Of a stretch of DNA of 64,000 bases, positions 46,357-57,430 are shown piece by piece. The translations under genes and the position numbers were made by a program. Position 1 is the first letter of the stretch. Each line of letters starts with the position of its first letter. Origin of the DNA: Lingula anatina (taxonomy: Eukaryota > Animalia > Brachiopoda); assembly GCA_051362555.1 (NCBI GenBank), contig CM120642.1, positions 4,898,001 to 4,962,000 of the forward strand, written 5' to 3'. Below the pieces are notes generated by a model, which saw only the letters and a list, made by a program, of their open reading frames with translations, was not told where the DNA came from and ran no database searches.

Positions 46357-47756
46357 ATGACTCTGCACAGACGTATGAGGCTTGTTTTTTGGTCTTTAAT
46401 TCTTGTCTGTTCCGTCATTTTTCTAATTTTGTATTTTCTACTCAAAGTACCGAACAATCTACAAGGGAATACAAGGGAAATTGCACGATCAGATGTGAAA
46501 ACCTGCCGCAGTGGGTACGTATTTATGATAGATAATAATGTTATACGTTTTGAAAATATAAATGTTTTTTCATCAGATTTTTTTCCGTATCATCAAGGTA
46601 TGCAAAATGAACCAAAGCCGTCCACAGAATTACGTGCACGTTTTGGGATATTTTTAATTAAGGGCGAAAAAAGAAACTCGATTTGTTTGCAAAGGAAACT
46701 TAAATTTTCTGGTGGTTATTTTTTCATGGTATTTTGCGGTACTTTCCTAGGGTAATGAACAGCAGCCAGTTGGCCCGCTACGAGGAGGCGTATAAAGCAT
46801 GGAGGGCCAAACTCCCAAGAAGAAACGCTACATTCAACTGCACGCCAAAGAACCACGTTCTATTTCGCAAAGTTCACAAATGTGGTTCTACGACGCATGC
46901 CAGTATTTTTTTACGCTATGCTTTCATGAATAAACTCCAAGTTGTCCCATTTGGCTCTAAAGTGTCCGCTGGTAAGAAATACGACATCATGGCTCATCAC
47001 TGCGGTTTTGACGAAGCTCATTTCAGAAAGACAATGCCTAAGGACGTTTTTAAGATCGGTCTGGTTAGAGAACCGTTTTCTAAGTTTAAATCTGCGTTCT
47101 TTTATTATCAAAGGAGACTTGAATCAACCTTGCCGTTTTCTAGTGACAACCATATGAAAGAATTTCTCATCAATTACGACAAATGGAGCAAATCCTTTAA
47201 GATTCCTCCTGGGATGAAGAGAAACAGTATGTCTCAAGAAATGGGGATGTATCACGAAAGTTTAAGGGACAATAAAACAAATCTGAAAGCGTTTTTGAAT
47301 AAGCTGTCGAACTATTACGATTTTGTTGTAATTCTGGACAAAACGGACGAGGGTCTCGTTTTACTTCGACGTCGCCTGTGTTGGGATTTAAGAGACATTA
47401 TCTACAGGAGAAAACTTACGGGAAAATACAATGCAGAGAGATTCGTTGACGGCGAACTTATTGCCAGACATAAGACTTCTGATAGCGTAGACTTTGCTCT
47501 TTACGATTATTTCAAGAACAAATTAATAAGAGAAATAGGAAAACAGGGGAAGGACTTTTATGTGGAATTGAAATATTTCAAAGAGTTGAATGGACAAATA
47601 ACAGAATTCTGTGCCCGACCTAAACCTGTAAGTGGCACTTCAATTTTGGAAGTTGAACCTTCACCGTGGTCGGCAGGATTTACTGTGGACGATTGTTTTT
47701 GCTCACTCATGACTGATATTATTAAATTTAAACATTACATGAATGTGGGAAAATAA
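46357..47756 (+). CDS. Galactose-3-O-sulfotransferase (Gal3ST)-like type II membrane protein
   Basis: Exons 46357-46514, 46577-46597 and 46751-47756 are phase consistent. N-terminal TM segment LVFWSLILVCSVIFLILYFLL, CTPKNHVLFRKVHKCGSTT (5'-PSB), VREPFSKFKSAFFYY (3'-PB), DEGLVLLRRRLCW, DFALYDYF. Confidence 0.88.
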
Positions 47757-48573
47757 AGTTGTCCCATTTGGCTCTAAAGTGTCCGCTGGTAAGAAATACG
47801 ACATCATGGCTCATCACTGCGGTTTTGACGAAGCCCATTTCAGAAAGACGATGCCTAAGGACGTTTTTAAGATTGGTCTGGTTAGAGAACCCTTTTCTAA
47901 GTTTAAATCTGCGTACTTTTATTATCAAAGGAGACTTGAATCAACCTTACCGTTTTCTAGTGACTACCACCTGAAAGAATTTCTCATCAATTACGACAAA
48001 TGGAGCAAATCCTTTAAGATTCCTCCTGGGATGAAGAGAAACAGTATGTCTCAAGAAATGGGGATGTATCACGAAAGTTTAAGGGACAATAAAACAAATC
48101 TGAAAGCGTTTTTGAATAAACTGTCGAACTATTACGATTTTGTTGTAATTCTGGACAAAACGGACGAGGGTCTCGTTTTACTTCGACGTCGCCTGTGTTG
48201 GGATTTAAGAGACATTATCTACAGGAGAAAACTTACGGGAAAATACAGTGCAGAGAACTTCGTTGACGGTGAGCTTATTGCCAGACATAAGACTTCTGAT
48301 AGCGTAGACTTTGCACTTTACGATTATTTCAAGAACAAATTAATAAAAGAAATAGGAAAACAGGAGAATGACTTTTATATGGAGTTGAAATATTTCAGAG
48401 AGTTGAATGGACAAACAACAAAATTCTGTGCCCGACCTAAACCTGTAAGGGGCACTTCAATTTTGGAAGTTGAACCTTCGCCGTGGTCGGCAGGATTTAC
48501 TGTGGACGATTGTTTTTGCTCTCTCATGACTGATATTATAAAATTTAAACATTACATGAATGTGGAAAAATAA
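47757..48573 (+). pseudogene. Tandem partial duplicate of the Gal3ST catalytic exon (ORF open, lacks TM and 5'-PSB)
   Basis: 817-bp direct repeat of ~46940-47756. ORF 47743-48573 is intact, with 14 amino-acid differences from copy 1. Confidence 0.7.
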
Positions 48574-49528
48574 AAAATACGCTTGGTGTATAATCATTGT
48601 CTGTGCTATCTTTATCTTGAACATTTTCATGAACTAAATGAGACCTTAAATGACCATCAATTATATCGAATTCTAAAACAAAACTCAAAACTCATTTATT
48701 TCATTGATTCGTACAGACGAATTGAGGATATGAATGCTTCCTATACCTAATTCTGTTTTGCTATTGTTTTAAAGATTAACATGAACGTGCTATCAAAGAT
48801 ACATATTACTTTAGGCTAATAAAAATATGCCCAAGCCCAATATTATTATTTGCAATAAAAAGTGTGATGTCTTTGGTGAATGTGCAATTTCCAAATTTTA
48901 ACATATATTAGAAATAAATCTGAACAGTGGTACATAATTTCTATGCATTTTTTTCCTAGATGACCGCGATTATACAGTAAGAAGCTATAATTAGGGTAGG
49001 GTAGGGTAATTATGAAGAAAATCAACAGGTGCTTTCTGATGCAAGACTTGATGCTAAAGGTGAAGTCTTCATTGTCATCGAATGGTATCGGTGGCGAGTT
49101 GTTTTCCATTTGATTAAGGCGGTACGATCTCAAATCTCAGCAGGTAGGGGCCTACATTGTACTGTATACATTATTGGGGCTAAAATTTCGTCAATTGTTA
49201 CAATATATACCTTTGCATCGTGGTATTATGCGAGGTTGTTTCCTGTAATTTGTAGTTTATGGTGTAATTGATGATAAATTGTATTGAATGACAGTTACTG
49301 GTACACGTAGTACATTGTACATGAGCATATTTGCTGGCCAGTTTATGATAAATTAATTGAGTGATGCGCTTAATCCAAGTATGTTTCACATCTGGCTTTA
49401 GAGAGAATGGCGAATGTGATCTTAAAATGACAGTGTCAGTGAACAAAATAGATAAATAAAATAAATAGAAAATAAATAAATAAATACTGTACATGTAGGT
49501 ATATAAACCAATGGGAGGTCCAGGATGT

Positions 49529-49561
49529 TGGTGGTGGTGGTGGTGGTGGTGGTGTGTGTGT

Positions 49562-49592
<31 letters not shown>

Positions 49593-49593
49593 G
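49529..49593. repeat. Compound (GGT)n(GT)n(G)n microsatellite
   Basis: Direct observation. Confidence 0.9.
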
Positions 49594-50116
49594 AGGAGTG
49601 GGCTCATATCCATCACCCCTTAAAGGGATAACAACTGTTCCAACGATATCCATATTTCACAATAAATACATTGTAAATAACTCATAGAAATACAATAAAT
49701 TCTATTTTTACCCCGAAAATGGCGGTTAACACAATTATTTTGGAATTTCTGCTTGCCGTCACATCACCTGACCTCCATAGATGGCTACACTCTGTAATTA
49801 TCTCTTAAGAAATTATTACAAAAAACCAAACTTTTTAGAAAAAAAAATATGGACTAATTATGAATTATGTGGGAATGGATTCCTTTACCATATTGGTAAG
49901 CATGGGGAAATTGTTCTTTACCCCAGGAAAATTCATATTTTGGCCAAAATGAACAGTTGTTATCCCTTTAAACTTTGAAGGTACATGTACCCACTACACC
50001 TTCACCTCCCTCATTGTGTCATGAGTGAAACCAGGCAAATTAACAAATTTTCTACACACTATTTTCCTGTAAATTAAATTTAACCATTTATTTATCAGAT
50101 AACATGTTCCACCAGA

Positions 50117-53100
50117 ATGTCATACTCCTCAGAATTTGATAGTATATCTGAGACTGATCAGGGATCACTTGAGGAGCATTCGGGCAGTGAGTCAACTGTG
50201 AAGGAGAGTCCTAGTACAAGTATCTCCCTGCCTAGTGGTGATGGTACCCTGTCCACTGAGGAATCCATTCAGACTGTGATAGAAACTCCTGTTACTCCTC
50301 AGTAAGCTACTGTATATTTTATAAGGTTAATAATATAGCGTATACCGTACCAGATGTCAAGAACAATAAACCTGGATGTGGTGTTTTTTCACATAAATGA
50401 ATGAGAGAGACTGTGGCAGACTGTGCCGTAAATTTTCAACTTACTGGCCAATCAGATCTCCAGTTTCCTAAAATCTACAGGTCCAAATCTGAACCTAGAA
50501 TGGTGTCTGACCATTTTATTAGTAGGTATTACATGAAGCATATAATGAAACATTGTCTAGTATCTTGAGCAGATTTTCCGATCCTAGAGTGTATGAGTTA
50601 TGAAAACATCTTAAATATACATGATTATTTGATTTTTTTGTAGCCAAACTAGACAGTCAGTTGCCAGTAGACCATATGGGACACCTTTCACAGATTCACC
50701 CGCTGCCAATTACCAGGATGAAACTTTTGAAACTCTCTCTCCCACCTACAGCAGTGGAAAGTATACCAGCTCGTTTGAGTCGCCTGGGGCTGGTTTTCAG
50801 ACTCCTGATGTCCTGGTACATCTATGGGCTCATTCCCAATAAAAATATCTTTCTACATTGAGTGATCCAACTCTGCGGTGAATGCAATCAGTTTAACAGA
50901 CTAACACGTCTCCTGTTCTTTCCATCGTACTCATATAATCACCAGTGATCCGTATTCTACTCAGAGACATTTAATCTGTTAATTGAATTGCATTCAGTGA
51001 GAGTTGGATTGATTTACGTAGAATGATAGTTTCATTTGGAATGAATCTTAATACTTCATTTTTTGGTGCAACGCCAAGTTTTTTTTTTATTGCTAAATAG
51101 ATTATGTTTTTATGTACAGACACAGATGTGTCTGTACATATTGCCATCACCTGCGTCTGTCGTCGCCGATGGCGATGGCGATGGCGATGCCGATGACGAT
51201 GCCGATGGCGATGCCGGCGCCGTGCACTTTCCTTGTAAACACGATAAGTGGAGGGCAGTTTTACTTTTTGGCTTTATATTTACAGAGCTGATGAATATTC
51301 ATAAAACGCAGGTCAAGTTCGAAAATCAGCATGATCGGGCCATTATTGTAGAAGTTATGCTGTTTTTTTACTTTTCAGCATATTTTTCACATTTCCTCAG
51401 ATTCAATTCTTAGGCATGTTAACAGTCTCATTATTAAACTAATAAGATACGTAAAAGTTTTTGTTTGACATTTCCTGCATCTTTACAATATTGTTAGTTG
51501 ATTTTGTAAAAGTGATGGTAAACTTGTTATCGTGTATTGTGTAATAAAGTTTCAAAAATGGAAATAAACTCATATCATTGCAGTTTGTCAGATTCAATCA
51601 TTCACTATGTTCAGAATGGAAGAAATTGGACATTTAACACTGCTCTATTGATATTTTTCCCATCTCATCAATTTTCTTAGTTGATCATATAAAAATGGCA
51701 GTAAACTGTTAATTTTGTTTTATGTTAAAAATTGTTAAAAATGGAAAAAAAAAAACATTTTAGAACAGTGCTGTCTTGTTTACATTTTGGCATTTTCAAG
51801 TTGTGACTTTGAAGTTCCATGGGCCTGAAGACCTTTGCTAGTCAAATTTTCTGAATATCCATGATACTAGTATTTTATTATTAAAAATTGATGGTCATTA
51901 TGATGTTAAACATTATGTAATATTGCATCAAAATTTGAAAAAAAACTATTTTGGGCACTGCTCCCATGATGACCATTTAAGAAAAACCATGTCACTTACT
52001 GTTCTCAAACAGTACAGTAAATATATATAGATGTGTCTGTACATATTGCCATCACCTGCGTCTGTCGTCCCCGTCATCGCCGGTGCCGGCGCCGTGCACT
52101 TTCATTGTAAACATGATAAGTGGAAGGCAGTTTTACTTTTTGGCTTTATATTTACAGAGCTGATGAATATTCATAAAACGCAGGTCAAGTTTGAAAATCA
52201 GCATGATCGGGCCATTATTGTAGAAGTTATGCTTTATTTTTCACTTTTCAGCATATATGCAACACTGTAAACACTTTCCAAGGAAAACCATAGGCCTGTT
52301 GTCATGAAACTCACAGGAGTAATCTATCTTACTAAAACGCAGGTCAAGTTAGAAAATCGGCATGATCAGTCCACTATTTTAGTAGTTATGCTTTTTTTTC
52401 ACTTTTCAGCATATATGCAACACTGTAAACACAATATAAGAAAAACAGATAGGCCAATTGTCATTAAACTCACAGGAGTGGTCAATAGGCCAATTGTCAT
52501 TAAACTCACAGGAGTGGTCAATCCTGCTAAAACACAGGTTGAGTTAAAAGATCAGCATAATCGGGCCATTATTTTAGAAGTTATGTTGTTTTTTCACATT
52601 TCCTCAGATTCAATTCTTAGGCATGTTAACAGTTTCATTGTTTAATTAATAAGATATTAAAAGTGTTTGTTTGACATTCCCTGCATCTTTACAACATTGT
52701 TAGTTGATTTTGTAAAAATGATGGTTAAATTGTTATCGTGTATTGTGTAATAAAGTTTCAAAAATGGAAATAAATTCAATCATTCACTATGTTCAGAATC
52801 TCAGAATGGAAGAAATTGGACATTTAACACTGCTCTATTGATATTTTTCCCATCTCATCAATTTTTTTAGTTGATTATATAAAAATAGCAGTAAACTGTT
52901 AATTTTGTTTTATGTTTAAAAATGTTAAAAATGGAAAAAAAGCGTTTCAGAACAGTGCTGTCTTGTTTACATTTTGGCATTTTCAAGTTGTGACTTTTAA
53001 GTTCCATGGGCCTAATATTTTATTATTAAAAATTGATGGTCATTATGCTGTTAACCATTATGTAATATTGCATCAGAATAGAAGAAAACACAATTTTGGG

Positions 53101-55081
53101 TGCTGCTGCCATGATGACCATTATGGGAAAACCATGTTACTTATGATTGCCAAACTTTCAAAAAAGAAATACAGGACTAAAATGCAGCTGGAGTTGGAAA
53201 AGCAGTCTAATTGACTTCTTTTTCTGGAAGTTATACATTTTCAAAGTGTGAACTTGAACTCCCATGGGCCTTATGCTTGTTACACATTTTACTTACATTG
53301 GTATTACCTGTTAAGCACAATTAAAATTTGATGTTGAATTTGCAGTTTAACATAATGTACTTTTGCATCAGAATTGACAGTAGCCTATTTTGTTATTTCC
53401 TGCTTTTTGTCTGTACATTTGACAGCTTTGCTGCCTTGTTCAGTATTTAGAATAAATGATTACTATTTTTAAGCTGAAATGAATTATTGTTAAAATTTTT
53501 GTATAATAATGTTAATGCATGTATATTTGCATACAGTCTAGTAAATAAAATTGTATTACTTTTCAGGATCTATCTGGCAAAGAAGCCAGACAAGACTTTT
53601 TAGTGAGAAAATTGGAACTCCTTCAGATGAAACCCAGAAAAGACAAAGGCAGTTCGTCTAAGCAGAAAGGTGTAATATTTGCTGTAGCCATCACCCTTTA
53701 AATTGTTACAGTAGAAAAATGATGTACTAATATATTTGCTACCTTGGTACAGTTTTTCAGTAAATTTTATACTCACTGCATTCAGTATTTGACTCGTAAT
53801 TTGTGTCAAATGAGTTAGGGGAGAGGTTATAATGTTTTTGAACACTTACATGTTGTGTAGTCTAAACAATTTTTCTTTTTTTTTTTACATGATCAATCTG
53901 TTTTAAATTAATAGATGTGGGATTAGGCAGGTCGGGAAGGTCCTTTATAAACAAGAAAGTGAAGCTTCTAAAACAGTATACAAAAGAAGGACAGACAAAA
54001 GCAGGACAGACACCTGGTACTTGTGCTACTTCAGAAAAGTTGGAATTCAGAGATGAGAATCCAGGAGCAGCTGGTGACATAACAGTTCCATTTGGTTCTG
54101 CCTTGCAGAGACTGAAGATGGACAATTTTATGCATGATTTGAAGCAGGTAGTATATCACCAAAAATAAATAAATAAAAGAAAAAAAAACAAGTAGATGTT
54201 AATTTAGGAAATGCCTTGTACTAAATAGTGGGTAATTTACTAGTAGGTGTGTTCACAGTCAGTAATGAATTATCTTCATTAGCATTGTTATATTATTCTT
54301 TAAGTTTTTAATGCCATTCTTCAAAAATATTGAACTAGTTTTCTATTGCTGCTCAAATAAATATTGTTTTATGATTGAAAAAATCTTTTTTAGGCTTCCT
54401 CAGCTGAAATTCATGATGTTAACACATGTCAGGCATGTCTGTGAGTATCTCTTTCCCCATACTTCCCTCCCTCCGTCTTTCTCTTTTTCAAGCTCACATT
54501 TGTGTTTTAAAATCTAATGTAATACAGCACAATGCAATACAATTGCAAGAACTATGTAATTGCAAAATCCTAATTCAACCTAATTTATTTTTTATACATT
54601 AGGAAACATAATGAAGAAGCTTCGAGGATCGAATTTTTAAAACAAAAACTGTCCATTGTTCACAATAAAGCAGTACAAGAAAAACTAGAGGAGCATTTGT
54701 ATTTGAGGGTAAACAAGAATTGCAATGGGCATTGTAACTGACAAAGAATTAAATTGTTTTTCTCAGGTGTACTGATATGAGTGAGTTGCCTACTTGTGTC
54801 CACAGCATGTATATCAGCAGAAAATATTAAAATTATTAATTTAAAACATAACTAAGCTCAGAATGATGGATGTGATAACAAAATGACATCACTATTGTTT
54901 ATTCAATAGAAAATACATCAACACCTAACAATCAAAAAACTTTTTTCCTATTTATTTGTTCTAGGATCCTCTGACCCTGATAGGCAATATTATGAAAGAC
55001 CTTCCCACATTACAAGATAACCCAGAAGATATATGGGCCAGACTTAACGAGCCATTTGCAGAGCAGAAGGAAAACACCTGA
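50117..55081 (+). CDS. C8orf48/DUF4606-like protein
   Basis: Phase-consistent exons 50117-50301, 50644-50815, 53567-53669, 53915-54147, 54394-54440, 54603-54708, 54965-55081. The C-terminus ..TVP..LQRLKMDNFMHDLKQ..H..TCQAC..EFLKQK..QEKLEEHLYLRDPLTLIG..DLPTLQDNPEDIWARL matches my recall of the C8orf48 C-terminal domain. AATAAA signals lie downstream. Confidence 0.75.
50825..51049. mobile_element. Foldback/MITE related to 29179-29440
   Basis: Inverted arms (CCAACTCT..GTGAATGCAATCAG..TTAACAGA versus TCTGTTAA..ATTGCATTCAGTGAGAGTTGG). The core TATAATCACCAG is the reverse complement of CTGGTGATTATA at ~29312. Confidence 0.7.
51107..53441 (+). mobile_element. HINE-like element, copy 4 (two head-to-tail pieces: 51107-~52010 and ~52029-53441)
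   Basis: Starts TTTTTATGTACAGACACAGATGTGTCTGTACATA and ends GTCTGTACATTTGACAGCTTTGCTGCCTTGTT. Lies in an intron of the C8orf48-like gene. Confidence 0.82.
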
Positions 55082-57430
55082 AGACTTTATCCAGTCTAGT
55101 TACAGCTTCTTGGCATAATCATTACTGTCTTTATATGATACTGATGTGAGGAAATAAATAAGCCATTAGTTTAACATAGCATAATGCTGATTCTTCCTTA
55201 ATGGCCATAACTATAAAGAAAAGAAAACATTTTTGTTGTTGCTTTTCAGTTTATGTAATTGTAAATAAACTGAAAAACAACAAAAATGAAGATATGCTGT
55301 TTTGGGGGATATTTAATTGTTTTCTATATATTGTGGAAAGGATATTTAACAAAGGTTAAATAGTGATCTGATAGGAAAAAGTAGTTTTGATACTTTTTAG
55401 TACTCGAGAAGCACCATTCTTCTGGGTCACAGCATGTGAATATTTCACTGCTTTACTGCAGTGTTCACTTCTTATTGGCCTTTAGTTAGGGACATTAACT
55501 TGCATGCCCTTTCTTTTTCAGATTATTTATGTTTTGGTTATCCACTGTGAAGGCAGAAGAAAAACGTTTTCAATCTTACTTTTTTGTAAGGTAAGATGTT
55601 GATTGTAAGAAAATTGAAAGAAACTGAGTCAAGTTGTGTGTAAAGTACCAGAGATTTTACAACTGTGGCATGGTACCTGTTGTGGAGTGTTGTATCTGAC
55701 CTTTTGAGAATAAATCCAGTATTTCTTCCGTACATAATGAGATAGGTAGGTAGATAGATGTGAAATGATTTAAATGTTTTATCTTTAAATTTTATTGTAG
55801 GTGCCAGTGCTTACAGGTTGTGATCCTCAAGTTACCTCTTCATCCAATGAACACGAAAATTACTCTCGGCTGTGGCATTTTCTGCTCTTCAACCTCTGAT
55901 TGAAAATCCAAAATTGAGAGTAATTAAGTGCTGTTTACATTCAGTGGAGAGAACCATCAGTTGAGCATGGATACCAAGGGGAACTAGACAGCAAATATAA
56001 TATAAAAAAGGCACATTAATTTTGTCTCATTCTTTTATTTTTAATTCTTATCTATATTTCCACATCATTCCCTTCCCAGAAGAGTGTACACACATTAAAA
56101 GTTTTGAACAGTTCAAAAGTATCTGTTAGACAGATTAACCAATAATTTAAATTTTCCATCTTTCCAATTAGCATGAAGTTTATACATGGTAGAAGTGAAT
56201 GTTTTTACATTGTTTGGCACATTTGGGATGGTTGGTCCCAGAAAAAATCCTACGTAAGTCTGATTTCAAGTGATAGTTATCACTTACTATGGATCAAGTT
56301 TATGAACAGCCATGTGTGGCCCCTGTCAAAAGAACATCATCAAGCCGTACAGGTTGTTGGGTGTTTGTAGACCTGTTATTTTTGTTCCAAAGTAACTATA
56401 CTGTCACTAAACTTCACTTCAATTAGTATATAGAAATCCTTGGATCCATGAACATTTTTATACCATAGATAATACTAATAGACCTTTTTGTAATATCAGC
56501 AATATGCTGAAATGAGTAATAAATGTGTGTATTGAACAAAATGCTGTTTTCTTCTTGTTCTTTCAAATACAACAAATAAATCCAAAGCCCCTTTGTTTCC
56601 ACAAGATATACAATTAAGATGCATCAACATGATGGTACTCTCATTACAGGCACAAAGAAAATATTCAAAACATCCAAACTAACACTTTACATGTTTAGAT
56701 CCATATCAGCAACTGATAACCATAGCAAAACTGACATCAATAAGTCAAGTCTTGAAAATTGATCTTAATCCAATAACAAATCTATCTGGCAAAATAATTG
56801 TTTAATATAGTATGAAACTTGGAACGAAAATGCCCCCTATCCCTGAAAATAATTAATAAAATTTCATAAATATATTATGCCATGATGAAAGTCACCAAAA
56901 TAAAAACTGGTCTTATCAAAACAAGAAGTCTGTTATTTGTCGAATCATTTTCTTGTGTTCTCCTTGTGGCCTTTAATATGATTCACTAATTCCATCAGCA
57001 CTTAATATTAACAGTATGTAACAAAAACAATTTAGGAACCAACTGACCCAAAGCAGAAATAATAGCTAATAACTGAAAAGACTCACATGATTAGCTTCAA
57101 TTATAATGGGGTTAACCTGGTTTTGATGTCCACTTAAATCCCAGCATTTTTTAACAATTTTCCAACCAACATCATTCCTGTTAGACCATCAGGGCAATGC
57201 CCCATTCCTAGTTCTGCTCCAAATGCTAAATAAAAACATCCACATCCTTGTAACATAAATGTAAAGATATAAAAAATATTTCATTTCCCTTGAAAAATGC
57301 TTAGTTCTGACAAGCATCAGTGTGTTATATAAACCCTCTCCAGATATGGCGCAAACACTGAATCAACACAATAATCCATGTCCCCTCTGGCTCCACAATA
57401 AATATTCATATCCTGAGAAAGTTCTTTATA

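Noticed and set aside
47747-47756. Slippery heptamer G GGA AAA before the Gal3ST stop as a -1 frameshift fusing the two catalytic copies
   Set aside because: Copy 2 is in the +1 frame; a -1 shift enters the unrelated LSHLALKCPL frame.
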